Positions 35,353 through 45,127 of a stretch of DNA of 49,793 nt are shown piece after piece; within the stretch, counting starts at the first letter, position 1; the number at the start of each line of letters is the position of its first letter. The translations under genes and the position numbers were made by a program. The stretch covers positions 1 through 49,793 of the forward strand of contig JAOAPG010000327.1 of assembly GCA_025462785.1 (NCBI GenBank), given 5' to 3'. The notes under the pieces were generated by a model. The model made no database searches. It was not told where the DNA came from and saw nothing but the letters and a program-made list of their open reading frames with translations. The stretch comes from Acidobacteriaceae bacterium (lineage in GTDB: Bacteria > Acidobacteriota > Terriglobia > Terriglobales > Acidobacteriaceae).

Positions 35353-36615
35353 ATGGACAACAACGAGAATTCCGTAATTAAGCTTCTCGGTAAACACGGG
35401 TCCGCTGAAGCCTATGCGATTCGAGACTTTCTGAACCGTTGTGGCGTGAATTTTGAGTGGGTTGAGTTGGATCGTGACGAGCAAGCACGAGACCAGGCGC
35501 AAGTCACTGGATTAGACGATAGTCGGTTACCAGTTTGCGTTTTTCCCGACGGCACGCGACTGGAACATCCAACTGTCCGTCAGGTTATTGAGAAACTAGG
35601 CTGGTTCCAGAATCCTTCCCGTTCGGAGTACGACCTTAGCATCTATGGCGCGGGGCCCGCCGGGCTGAGTGCAGCTGTTTACGGCGCATCTGAAGGTTTA
35701 AGAACCGTGGTGGTTGAGCGTTTCGCCGTGGGTGGCCAAGCCGGGAGTAGTCCCAAGATTGAAAACTATCTCGGGTTTCCGCAAGGCGTCAGCGGGGCGG
35801 AGCTGGCGGAGCGTGCTCGGGAGCAGGCTTGCCGCTTCGGAGCCGAAATTCTCTTTCTTCGTGAGGCTGTTAGGGGAGAGTTTGAACCTGGGCGCGGCAC
35901 AGGTTATCTCGCGGACGGAACAAAGATCGTCGCCCGCGCCTCTCTGTGCGCTACCGGTGTGGATTATCGCCGATTAAATCTACCCAATGAAGAACGGTTT
36001 CACGGGGCAGGTATTTATTACGGCGCAGGCGCAAGCGAGGCTTCGCTCTGCGGCCCGGACGAGCATGTGTTTGTTGTTGGTGGCGGCAACTCCGGTGCTC
36101 AAGCCGCGTTACACTTTAGCCGTTACGTCTCTAAAGTCACCATGGTAGTGCGAGACGAATCCCTGAAGAAGAGTGTCTCTCAATATCTTATTGATCGCGT
36201 TCTCTCTTCACCGCGCATCGAATTGCTAACGCTCACAGGAGTAACGGCTCTTCACGGAGACAACGTACTGCGTGCGATTACGCTGCGAAATAAACGAACT
36301 GGTAAAGAGTGGATGGAGGAAACGAGCTGGTTGTTTCTTTGCCTTGGTGGCGACCCGCAAACTCGATGGGCTGTGGAAGTGGGCATCATGCGCGATGAGG
36401 CAGGATATCTCGTCACGGGTCCCGATCTGCTGAAAAATGGCCAGCGCCCTGACAACTGGAAACTCGATCGCGATCCCTATTACTTGGAAACTAATATTCC
36501 TGGGGTTTTCGCCGCGGGCGACGTCAGACACGGTTCCGTGAAACGTTGCGCTTCGGCCGTCGGCGAAGGCGCGATGGCAGTCACCTTCATCCATCGTTAC
36601 GTCATGAACGGCTAA
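35353..36615 (+). CDS. thioredoxin-reductase-like FAD-dependent oxidoreductase with N-terminal glutaredoxin-like domain
   Basis: YDLSIYGAGPAGLSAAVYGASEGL and VFVVGGGNSGAQAA dinucleotide motifs, and C-terminal GVFAAGDV. The start was moved to MDNNEN (35353). Confidence 0.85.
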   Translation: MDNNENSVIKLLGKHGSAEAYAIRDFLNRCGVNFEWVELDRDEQARDQAQVTGLDDSRLPVCVFPDGTRLEHPTVRQVIEKLGWFQNPSRSEYDLSIYGAGPAGLSAAVYGASEGLRTVVVERFAVGGQAGSSPKIENYLGFPQGVSGAELAERAREQACRFGAEILFLREAVRGEFEPGRGTGYLADGTKIVARASLCATGVDYRRLNLPNEERFHGAGIYYGAGASEASLCGPDEHVFVVGGGNSGAQAALHFSRYVSKVTMVVRDESLKKSVSQYLIDRVLSSPRIELLTLTGVTALHGDNVLRAITLRNKRTGKEWMEETSWLFLCLGGDPQTRWAVEVGIMRDEAGYLVTGPDLLKNGQRPDNWKLDRDPYYLETNIPGVFAAGDVRHGSVKRCASAVGEGAMAVTFIHRYVMNG

Positions 36616-36849
36616 GTTTGATCACTGGAGCTTGATCAGTATTAAGATCAGCGAGACATTCACTAGTCCCGCGCCACTAGACAGCTCGGGATATTGCGGC
36701 TTACTGCTCGGTGCGGAAATCATTACTCGCAACATCTACTCAGGCCCGCCAAGTCACTGCATCCGCCGAACACAATAACTCGAAATAGCAATGCACCTCG
36801 GGATGGTAGATGGCATCTGACTCCTATCTCAAAAAGAGGTAATGCTGCT

Positions 36850-37620
36850 ATGAATCAAATCAGAAGCATTCTCCGAGCGGGCGCTCGTGCTACGGAGCCG
36901 ACATCACCTCGGCGTTTGGGTGCGTTGATCGGTGGCGGCGCGCTTGCACTTCTCGGCCTTACCCAACGTTCAAAATCCGGATTAGCTATGGCTGCGGCAG
37001 GTGGCGCTCTCGTTTACCTGGGCGCAAGAGTCGACAGGCATCCGGGAGTACTCGTTGCACAAAGCAGTATTTTGGTGAACTGCTCTCCTCAAGAAGCCTA
37101 TCAGTTTTGGCACAACTTCGAAAACCTCTCAATAGTTATGCCGCATCTCGAGTCGGTGACGGTATCGAGTGGTGGCCGGTCAACCTGGATTGCACTTGGT
37201 CCAATGGGCTCGCGGATCGTGTGGGATGCCGAAATCGTAAATGACCGTGAGAATGAGTCGATTATGTGGCAGTCTCTCCCCGGATCTGCTTTGTTCGTTG
37301 AAGGCACCGTAAAGTTCGAGACGGCACCAGCGAACCGTGGAACATTAGTGAAAGTAGAGATGCGCTATCGTCCACGATCCGGCGCAATAGCTAATGCTGT
37401 GGCGAGAATGCTCGGGAAGTATCCAAATTTCGTGATGCGACAGGATCTGCGGCGCTTCAAAGCCCTGATCGAAACCGGCGAAATACCCACAATTGAAGGA
37501 CAGACACACGGCCCACGTTCCAAAGTTGTTGCGGCGTTGCGTGTTGCCGATCCTACCCGGCCGATACGGCCTGAATCTCAAGTCAGAGAAGTATTAAACG
37601 CGATGCGGAGGATAGCATGA
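36850..37620 (+). CDS. SRPBCC (cyclase/dehydrase-like) protein with N-terminal membrane segment
   Basis: [15 protein letters not shown]...[13 protein letters not shown] hydrophobic hairpin followed by [37 protein letters not shown] is the RBS. ATGA overlap with the next gene. Confidence 0.75.
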   Translation: MNQIRSILRAGARATEPTSPRRLGALIGGGALALLGLTQRSKSGLAMAAAGGALVYLGARVDRHPGVLVAQSSILVNCSPQEAYQFWHNFENLSIVMPHLESVTVSSGGRSTWIALGPMGSRIVWDAEIVNDRENESIMWQSLPGSALFVEGTVKFETAPANRGTLVKVEMRYRPRSGAIANAVARMLGKYPNFVMRQDLRRFKALIETGEIPTIEGQTHGPRSKVVAALRVADPTRPIRPESQVREVLNAMRRIA

Positions 37621-38816
37621 AAGCAGTTTGTTGGATGGGCGTTGAGAAGATGAGTGTTGAAACTGTACCTGACCCGCAAATTCTGAATCCTCGGGATGCC
37701 ATTGTGCGCATCACGAGCACTTGCATCTGTGGTTCCGATCTGCACTTATATAACGGTTTTATCCCAACGATGGAGCAAGGCGACATTCTCGGCCACGAAT
37801 TCATGGGCGAAGTAGTAGAAGTCGGCGCGAGTATTAGGCCGGAGAAATTGAAGCCCGGGGACCGGGTCGTAGTCCCGTTCACGATTGCGTGCGGACGCTG
37901 TTTCTTCTGTGAACGACAGCTCTGGTCTTGTTGCGACAATTCGAACCCGAATTACTGGATCGCCGAAGAGATGATGGGTTACTCACCATCGGGGTTATTC
38001 GGCTATACCCATATGATGGGCGGATATTCCGGAGGTCAGGCGCAGTATGCCCGAGTGCCCTATGCTGACGTCGGCCCGCTTAAACTTCCGGAAGATGTAC
38101 CTGATGACAAAGTGGTATTCCTGTCTGACATATTTCCGACGGGCTATTTCGGTGCTGTGAACTGCGATATCCAGCCTGGAGACACCGTTGCGATCTGGGG
38201 TTGCGGACCAGTTGCTCAATTCGCCATACGAAGCGCGTTCATGCTCGGAGCGGAAAGAGTAATTGCCATCGATAGGTTTGAGTACCGGCTTCGCCTGGCT
38301 GAGAAAGCAGGAGCGGAAACCATCAATTACGAACAAGTCGACGATGTTGTCCAGACTTTGAAGGACATGACAGCCAACGTTGGCCCGGACGCCTGCATGG
38401 ATGCGGTCGGCATGGAAGCTCACGACGATAGCGTGATGTACTTAGTGGATCGAACCAAACAAGCAATGCGAGTAGAAACTGATCGTCCGATCGTCCTTCG
38501 TCAATGTATTAAAGCATGCCGGAAGGGTGGGACGGTTTCTGTCCCCGGAGTATACGCCGGCTTCGATGACAAGATCCCGATGGGAGCTTTCATGAACAAA
38601 GCGCTGACTATGAAAACGGGTCAGACGCATATGATGCGCTATATGAAGCCGTTACTTGACCGCGTGCAAAAGGGCGAAATCGATCCAAGCTTCGTAATCA
38701 GTCACAGGGTACCAATTGATGAAGCCCCGAAAATGTACAAAATGTTTCGAGATAAACAAGACCACTGCACCAAAGTGGTGCTCGACCCGTGGGCGAACGG
38801 AGCCAAGGCGGCATAG
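37617..38816 (+). CDS. zinc-dependent alcohol dehydrogenase family protein (FdhA-like paralog)
   Basis: [13 protein letters not shown]...[12 protein letters not shown]...[13 protein letters not shown]...[11 protein letters not shown]. 399 aa. Confidence 0.9.
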   Translation: MKAVCWMGVEKMSVETVPDPQILNPRDAIVRITSTCICGSDLHLYNGFIPTMEQGDILGHEFMGEVVEVGASIRPEKLKPGDRVVVPFTIACGRCFFCERQLWSCCDNSNPNYWIAEEMMGYSPSGLFGYTHMMGGYSGGQAQYARVPYADVGPLKLPEDVPDDKVVFLSDIFPTGYFGAVNCDIQPGDTVAIWGCGPVAQFAIRSAFMLGAERVIAIDRFEYRLRLAEKAGAETINYEQVDDVVQTLKDMTANVGPDACMDAVGMEAHDDSVMYLVDRTKQAMRVETDRPIVLRQCIKACRKGGTVSVPGVYAGFDDKIPMGAFMNKALTMKTGQTHMMRYMKPLLDRVQKGEIDPSFVISHRVPIDEAPKMYKMFRDKQDHCTKVVLDPWANGAKAA

Positions 38817-38868
38817 AAACTTACAATGATCATTTTTGACTGACCAAGGAGCAGTAAAGGAGCTACCG

Positions 38869-39303
38869 ATGGCTGGACTTTTGATAGACAATTTCTTCCC
38901 AAGGCTCATCTCGGCAAGAACTCACGGGGTTGTCGATTACATTCATGCGAGCACAAACTTTGTTGCGGCACTTGTGTTCAGCAGGAGCGACAAACGCGGG
39001 TCGAATGCTGCCTTAGCGCTTGGAATCAGCGTACTTGTGAATGCGCTGATGACGGACTATCCTCTCGGAGTTTTCCGTGTGTACAGCTTCAAGACACACG
39101 GCATGTTGGACTATGGAGTCGCTGCTACTAGCGCTGCTTTCCCAAAGCTACTTGGGATAAGAGATCCAATGCAAAGGAGGTACTTCCACGCGCAGGGTGC
39201 AGGCGAAACGCTAATTGCTGGCCTATCCGACTACGACGACTCAGGATGGGGTCGTAGAAGACAAAAAATGGGCAGAGTGTTCGACGGGAGAAGAGCTGCC
39301 TGA
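38869..39303 (+). CDS. hypothetical (probably membrane) protein
   Basis: AAGGAG lies 6 nt before the ATG at 38869. Contains hydrophobic segments and no recognised family. Confidence 0.5.
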   Translation: MAGLLIDNFFPRLISARTHGVVDYIHASTNFVAALVFSRSDKRGSNAALALGISVLVNALMTDYPLGVFRVYSFKTHGMLDYGVAATSAAFPKLLGIRDPMQRRYFHAQGAGETLIAGLSDYDDSGWGRRRQKMGRVFDGRRAA

Positions 39304-39376
39304 TTACTCTTTGCGTATCCGAAGACTAGCGCGGAAGCACGCCTTGTTTAGCAATGATTAACGCGCCGAGATAGTC

Positions 39377-40093
39377 ATGGAGAAGACGTTATTTTTGCTC
39401 TGCTCTTAGCTTCCGCCGCTGTACTCTCTCGTCGCAAAAGCAAACGTTTACGCTGGATAGAAACGAGCGCTGCTCAACAGCGTAAGCTTGCGACCGATGA
39501 AGCCGCTCGCCGCTACATCATTTACGCAATTTTGCCAGCATGGTCCCTAGCGGGTTTTTTGGATTGGCTTTAGCACCGCCAAACGAAAATCGGAACTACA
39601 AGTGGCGTAGAAGAATCCGTCACCCATCTCTTGATGATGCTCGAGGGCGGGATCCCCGTAATGCTTGGTCTCTTTCTCGAGATCAATGCCGGCGTGCGTG
39701 CTCGCGTTGATGAGCGCGGGGTGGCCACTGCACGAACTCACGGCCGCATGGGACGTATCTTACACAGTCTCAAGGCGCAAAGTGCCACCTCGCGAGCAAC
39801 ATACCCACAGCTTCATGGAGACCATCCCATTCGACATCATCGCGGTGATGGCTTGTTTATACCCGACGCAATTCCTCGCTTTATTCGGCGCTAGCTCAGA
39901 ACGAGCGCGGTTTGATCTCCATCTTAAACAGTCTCCGATGCCGGCGAGCCATATCGCAGGAATTCTCGGCGGAACTGCGCTCTTCGTTCCTGGTCCGCAT
40001 ATTGAGGAGCTTTGGCAGTGTTGGCGTGCGCGGCAGAGAGGGGTAGAGGGTCGCGACACCCCTGAGTGCGCTCGCGAATTATACGCAGCATGA
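39377..40093 (+). pseudogene. disrupted gene for a conserved-looking multi-pass membrane protein (two frame changes plus in-frame TAG)
   Basis: ATG at 39377 (MEKTLF) in frame 2. After the T5 run at 39392-39396 the reading continues in frame 1 (IFALLLASAAV...RRYIIYAILPAWSLAGFLDWL, TAG at 39571-39573, then HRQTKIGTTSGVEESVTHLLMMLEGGIPVMLGLFLEINAGV). It then continues in frame 2 from about 39700 (LALMSAGWPLHELTAAWDVSYT...) to TGA at 40093. Confidence 0.55.
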
Positions 40094-40142
40094 ATCTTGC
40101 GACTCCAGGGAAATACAACCATTGGGCAAGAGGCCGATATCG

Positions 40143-40949
40143 TCAGGACACTTTCTTTTCAGACTGCGGCGCTTCAAGTTCTCTAAGCAGTTGTTCCCTT
40201 ACCCTATCTGCGATTCGCGGTACTTCGTCCGGCGGCACGTCGTAAATCTTCGCAACTTCTTCCTTCGAAAATCCTTCGACAGCAAAAAGCTCAAACACGA
40301 TTCGGTCCCGCTCCGGCACATGGGAAAGGGCTCGCACAATCTGGCTTACTTCTTCATCTCTTTCAAGCTGCTTCTCCGGATCGTCCTCGTCCACCGGAGC
40401 ATTGAACTCGCGTGGCGGAATTTCGCCGTCATCCAGATCTTCTGGAAGCCACGGCTCGCCTTCAACATCGGCGGTGATAGGCTGCTCTTCCAGAGTACTG
40501 AGTTCTTTTTGCTGTAGAGTCTCCAAGCTCCTTCGGCGGGCATCCGTCGAATGTCTTTTGCGCAAGTAGTTTTCAAGGATTTCATTGGCGATCCGATACA
40601 GCCATTGCTCAAGGGTTAAATCCGGTGGTTTCTTTTCGTAGCTGTCATACGCTCGTAGGACAACTCGATCGAGAATATCGTCACTGGTGTAGACGGGAGT
40701 CCGGATTTGCAAATCCAGATACGCAATCCGCAAGCGCCGTTTTATGTATGTCTTTAGAGGACTTAGGAGAGGAATAATCTCGTGGAAAAATTCCTGTTTG
40801 TTTTGAACTTTATCAGTTTGAGCCTTACCTGATTGAGGTTGCTGACCGCTGGCGAGCGCTGCCAGTTGTCCTTCTTTTTGTCGCAATGCTTCTGATTGCT
40901 GGCTTCTTGCGTTTGCCGGCACGGGCCCTGATTTCTCTGTCCCGTTCAA
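40143..40949 (-). CDS. sigma-70 family (ECF-like) RNA polymerase sigma factor with Gln-rich N-extension and acidic sigma2-sigma4 linker
   Basis: Region-2-like DDILDRVVLRAYDSYEKKP...WLYRIANEILENYLRK and region-4-like IVFELFAVEGFSKEEVAKIYDVPPDEVPRIADRVREQL. TTG start preceded by GGGAGGAG 5 nt upstream. Confidence 0.8.
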   Translation of the reverse strand: MNGTEKSGPVPANARSQQSEALRQKEGQLAALASGQQPQSGKAQTDKVQNKQEFFHEIIPLLSPLKTYIKRRLRIAYLDLQIRTPVYTSDDILDRVVLRAYDSYEKKPPDLTLEQWLYRIANEILENYLRKRHSTDARRRSLETLQQKELSTLEEQPITADVEGEPWLPEDLDDGEIPPREFNAPVDEDDPEKQLERDEEVSQIVRALSHVPERDRIVFELFAVEGFSKEEVAKIYDVPPDEVPRIADRVREQLLRELEAPQSEKKVS

Positions 40950-41016
40950 ATCTGCTCCTCCCGAACACTCGTGCGATCTAGCGCGGAGGATATTGCACGC
41001 ACTGTTTCAGAGCCCA

Positions 41017-41250
41017 TCAAGCCACCGTAACGTCGCGTTTCCTATGAACATCGAACCCAGCTTCCCGTAACAAAGCCGCGACATCGTCCTCAGTCAAACG
41101 AGACGCGTCGTACTCTATTCGAATGGCGTGAGCGTTTTCGTTGAAAGAAATTTTCCGCATTCCGTAAACATCCCGAGCCCTGTCCAGGGCGCGCAATTCA
41201 CTCTCTCCAGGTGGCGTACCGTATCCGAAGACAATGTCTACCGGTGTCAC
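41017..41250 (-). CDS. hypothetical small protein (77 aa)
   Basis: GTG start with GAGG about 10 nt upstream. Sits between dnaK and the sigma factor gene. No family recognised. Confidence 0.5.
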   Translation of the reverse strand: MTPVDIVFGYGTPPGESELRALDRARDVYGMRKISFNENAHAIRIEYDASRLTEDDVAALLREAGFDVHRKRDVTVA

Positions 41251-41300
41251 TCAGGCAACCTCGCCGTGCCTCGCCTTATACATTCATGCAAATGCTAGAA

Positions 41301-43235
41301 CTAGGCCGACTTCCGCTCGTCTACATCGACATACTCAGCGTCCACAACCCCTTCCTCTTTCTTTGCCTGACCATCAGCGCCTGCGGCCGGGCCCGCACCT
41401 GCTGTTGGTCCTGCGCCGGCACCACCTTGTGGCTGACTGGCTTTGTACATCTGCTCCGCTAATTTGTGCGAAACCTGGGTCAGGCGCTCGCGCGCTCTAT
41501 CCATCTGAGTTTTGTCATCGGAATTGAGCGCGGTTTTGGCGTCGGCAATTGCACTCTCAACTTCGCCTCGCTCCGATCCGGAGATCTTGTCGCCATTTTC
41601 GCGCAGCATCTTCTCTACGCTGTAGACGAGAGAATCCAGTTGGTTCTTAGCCTCGATCTGTTCGCGTCTGGCTTTATCTTCTTCGGAATGCGCCTCGGCT
41701 TCCTTCGCCATCCGATCGACATCTTCTTTGCTCAGACCCGAAGAGGAAGTAATAGTGATCTTCTGGTCTTTGCCAGTGGCCCTGTCCTTCGCGTGAACGT
41801 TGAGAATACCGTTCGCATCAATATCGAATGTCACTTCGACCTGAGGCACGCCACGCGGTGCAGGCGGAATGCCGGTCAACTGGAATTTTCCGAGGGTGCG
41901 ATTCTGGGTGGCCATAGGGCGCTCCCCCTGTAACACGTGAACCTCAACCGAGGTCTGATTATCAGCCGCGGTTGAGAATGTCTCCGTCTTCTTGGTTGGA
42001 ATCGTCGTGTTCCGCGGAATCATTTGAGTCGCGACGCCACCCTGGGTTTCGATGGCAAGTGTGAGCGGAGTCACATCTAGCAGCAGCAAATCTTTCACGT
42101 CGCCCTGGAGTACGCCACCTTGGATAGCTGCTCCAACCGCAACTACCTCGTCCGGGTTGACGCTCTTGTTGCCTTCTTTGCCGAAGAGGTCCTTTACGAG
42201 ACGCTGAATTCGCGGCATGCGGGTTTGTCCACCCACCAGCACTACTTCGTTGATCTTGCTCGCATCAACACCCGCGTCCTGCATGCATTGTTTACTAGGA
42301 GGAACCGAGCGCTGGATCAGGTCCTCCACCATAGACTCGAGTTTTGCGCGAGTCAATTTTTTCACCAGGTGCTTCGGACCGCTGGCGTCGGCGGTAATGA
42401 AGGGAAGATTGATTTCGGTCTCCATCGTGGTGGAGAGTTCGATCTTGGCGCGTTCGGCCGCGTCGCGCAGGCGCTGCAATGCCATCTCGTTCCCTTTTGC
42501 GCGCAAATCAAGCCCTTCATCCTTCCTGAACTCATCAATCAGCCAGTCGACAATTCTCTGGTCAATGTTGTCGCCACCGAGGTGAGTATCGCCATTCGTG
42601 GCTTTCACTTCGATGACACCGTCACCGACTTCGAGGATGGAGATATCGAACGTCCCACCCCCGAAGTCGTAGACGGAGATGGTCTCATCTTTCTTCTTAT
42701 CGAGACCGTAAGCCAGGGCTGCTGCCGTCGGTTCATTGATGATGCGCTTCACATCCATTCCCGCGATGCTCCCCGCGTCTTTGGTCGCCTGTCTCTGAGC
42801 GTCGTTGAAGTAGGCAGGGACCGTGATGACGGCATCGTTTACCCTCTCACCCAAGTAGTCTTCAGCCGCTTTCTTCAGCTTCTGCAAGATCATGGCGGAG
42901 ATCTGCTGCGGGGTGTACTTTTTCCCTTGAGCAACAATCAATACATGGTCCCCTTCGGGTTCGATTTTGAAGGGAACCATCTTCAACTCTTCTCGCACTT
43001 CCTCATAGCGGCGCCCCATGAAACGTTTGATGGAATAAATAGTGTTTTCAGGATTTGTAATCGCCTGCCGCTTGGCGACTTGTCCCACAAGGATTTCTCC
43101 TGTCTTGGTAAACGCAACGACTGACGGGGTTGTGCGTCCGCCCTCTTCATTAGGAATGACCTTGGCTTCCCCTCCTTCCATCACGGATACCACTGAATTT
43201 GTGGTGCCGAGATCAATGCCGATTATCTTTGCCAT
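41301..43235 (-). CDS. dnaK: molecular chaperone DnaK (Hsp70)
   Basis: [16 protein letters not shown]..., [22 protein letters not shown] and full-length Hsp70 architecture. 644 aa. Confidence 0.98.
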   Translation of the reverse strand: MAKIIGIDLGTTNSVVSVMEGGEAKVIPNEEGGRTTPSVVAFTKTGEILVGQVAKRQAITNPENTIYSIKRFMGRRYEEVREELKMVPFKIEPEGDHVLIVAQGKKYTPQQISAMILQKLKKAAEDYLGERVNDAVITVPAYFNDAQRQATKDAGSIAGMDVKRIINEPTAAALAYGLDKKKDETISVYDFGGGTFDISILEVGDGVIEVKATNGDTHLGGDNIDQRIVDWLIDEFRKDEGLDLRAKGNEMALQRLRDAAERAKIELSTTMETEINLPFITADASGPKHLVKKLTRAKLESMVEDLIQRSVPPSKQCMQDAGVDASKINEVVLVGGQTRMPRIQRLVKDLFGKEGNKSVNPDEVVAVGAAIQGGVLQGDVKDLLLLDVTPLTLAIETQGGVATQMIPRNTTIPTKKTETFSTAADNQTSVEVHVLQGERPMATQNRTLGKFQLTGIPPAPRGVPQVEVTFDIDANGILNVHAKDRATGKDQKITITSSSGLSKEDVDRMAKEAEAHSEEDKARREQIEAKNQLDSLVYSVEKMLRENGDKISGSERGEVESAIADAKTALNSDDKTQMDRARERLTQVSHKLAEQMYKASQPQGGAGAGPTAGAGPAAGADGQAKKEEGVVDAEYVDVDERKSA

Positions 43236-43276
43236 GACGAAAATCTCCGAAGTATGATCGATGATGTTATGTAACG

Positions 43277-43798
43277 TTATTCTTTAGATTTCGGCGGGAA
43301 GTGTTCAAACATTTTATGAACAGCTTTGTTGAGCTTATCCATGTCCTTATGCGGATTGCCCGCCACAGTATCTGTTGCTGATCCGCGCCAAATGAGTTTC
43401 TTAGTAGCTGTGTCGAACATATCTATGATGAGTGTTCCCTCTTTGTATCTTTCTTCTACTGTGGTCGCGTCACCAAAGCCACCCCAAAACCATCCGTCGA
43501 ATCCGTCATAAAAAGTCCGCAAAGTCGTTTTTTCGTGGGTAGTGCCAACTGCGACCAATGAAACATCCCCACCGCTCGGAACTTGCGTCCACCCTTTTGC
43601 CGCCAGCTCCTTGTCGGCCGCTTCCTTGACTCGGTCATTCCAGAGGGGGTCCGGCATTTCGACTTTGGCCCATGAATAGGTCTTGTACCGCGAAAAATCT
43701 ACATGGTGGTCATAGTCGGTTTTGACATCAATAGCAAATACGGAGTTGGCGATAAACAGCAAGACAGCGATCAACACAAAACGGGCTTGCACTTTCAT
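43277..43798 (-). CDS. DUF4136-like secreted or lipoprotein-type protein
   Basis: Start at [22 protein letters not shown] with an [27 protein letters not shown] and ...[19 protein letters not shown] match the DUF4136 pattern as recalled. Confidence 0.7.
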   Translation of the reverse strand: MKVQARFVLIAVLLFIANSVFAIDVKTDYDHHVDFSRYKTYSWAKVEMPDPLWNDRVKEAADKELAAKGWTQVPSGGDVSLVAVGTTHEKTTLRTFYDGFDGWFWGGFGDATTVEERYKEGTLIIDMFDTATKKLIWRGSATDTVAGNPHKDMDKLNKAVHKMFEHFPPKSKE

Positions 43799-44114
43799 TT
43801 GCTCTCCTTGTGTTCTGTAGCTCACTGTGGATGTTTGGCAACTATTTTGATTTCAGTTAGTCAGCTCCTAGTTTTGATCGTAGCCACCGTACATATCCGT
43901 ATCAATTCGTCATCCGTGTGAATGACACCTTCCCAACAAGGGGTAGGTGAGTGTTCACCTTCAGGAAGAGGACTCCCTAGTTCGTAGGCACTAAATTGCC
44001 GAGATGCAAACGAGGAATTGTTGAGAAAACCTGGAGTTACTACGATCTCAAATAGATACTCATTGGTCTTCCAACTATGTCTGACATGGGGGAAGAATAA
44101 GGTACGGATGTTTT

Positions 44115-45083
44115 ATGAAAGCCGCATTAGATGTTGCGTTGCCCCTGCTGGCAATTTCGCTCGCAGGTTGGCTGGGATTTGCGTCAATGGTTAATGCCAG
44201 CACCGCGGATACAGCTTCGGATACCAAGACCACGACTCAAACGCAGGGGCGACCTAGCCTTGAAAGACAGCGAAAGAATGCTGAGCAGCAGGCACGGCCC
44301 GACATTGAGAAACAGCGGAAGGAAACCGAGCAGCAAGCAAAGAAGAACCTGGATCAGGACGCTATAGACGCGATCAGGGAAACTGAAAAAGCTATCAATG
44401 CCATAGCTGCAAATAAAAATGACGAGGCTTTGGCAGCCATCGAACGTGCCACGGGAAAGATCAATATTCTACTTGCGCGCAACCCGGGGACCGCGCTTAT
44501 CCCAGTGGATGCGGAGGTCGATGTTCTCGACACGGCCCCGCAGGATTCTCAAGCTATTTTAGATATTGCAAAGGACGCGTCCAGGGCAGTTGATGACAAG
44601 GACTATCCGACAGCGCGCATCCTGCTCCATTCTTTAATGAGTGAAATTCACGTTCGAACTTATCACCTTCCACTCGCAACGTATCCGACCGCGCTGAAAG
44701 ATGCCGCTCGCTTACTGGACCAGAAGAAAAATCAAGAGGCCAGCGCTGTCCTCTTGACGGCCCTCAATACTTTGGTAGCGGTGGATCGAGTTACACCCAT
44801 ACCGTTACTTCGAGCACGTGACGCGATCAACGAAGCTCAAGCTCAGCGCCAGAAAGATAAGAACGCGGCTCAAAAGAGCTTGGAAATCGCAAAACACGAA
44901 TTAGAGCGGGCTAGAGAACTTGGGTACGCTGGTAAGGATGCAGAATATCCTTCTCTCAATGACCAGATCGCGAATCTTGAGAAGCAGCTCAATGCCGGTG
45001 GAGATGCGACTTCAGTCTTTGCCAAACTTAGAGAAAAACTCGACGCATTCGTCAAGCGTGCATCCGGAGACGATCATCATTGA
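44115..45083 (+). CDS. YfdX-family-like secreted protein
   Basis: Signal-like ALDVALPLLAISLAGWLGFASMVNA. Helical repeats (AIRETEKAINAIAANKNDEALAAIERATGKINILLAR...LPLATYPTALKDAARLLD...) resemble YfdX. Call made from memory only. Confidence 0.55.
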   Translation: MKAALDVALPLLAISLAGWLGFASMVNASTADTASDTKTTTQTQGRPSLERQRKNAEQQARPDIEKQRKETEQQAKKNLDQDAIDAIRETEKAINAIAANKNDEALAAIERATGKINILLARNPGTALIPVDAEVDVLDTAPQDSQAILDIAKDASRAVDDKDYPTARILLHSLMSEIHVRTYHLPLATYPTALKDAARLLDQKKNQEASAVLLTALNTLVAVDRVTPIPLLRARDAINEAQAQRQKDKNAAQKSLEIAKHELERARELGYAGKDAEYPSLNDQIANLEKQLNAGGDATSVFAKLREKLDAFVKRASGDDHH

Positions 45084-45127
45084 TGTGTGAGTGTCGTGAT
45101 TGCTGCACCATACTTCCAAGCAGGAAG

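Noticed and set aside
36621-36640. Hairpins after convergent or terminal genes (tgatca-N8-tgatca at 36621-36640; acttcc-aagca-ggaagt at about 45111-45127)
   Set aside because: The stems are only 6 bp and are not followed by a T-tract, so I do not call them intrinsic terminators.
42120-43124. 334-aa plus-strand ORF (and others at 41466..41933 and 42217..42585) overlapping dnaK
   Set aside because: They are antisense shadow ORFs inside an unambiguous, full-length Hsp70 gene. Their composition is Arg/Leu/Val-rich with no motifs.
44084-44091. CCCCATGT on the minus strand, resembling the sigma-32 -10 consensus CCCCATNT upstream of the DUF4136-dnaK string
   Set aside because: No CTTGAA-like -35 element lies at the appropriate spacing. 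The site sits about 285 nt from the DUF4136 start and overlaps the RBS region of the divergent YfdX-like gene. It may be chance.
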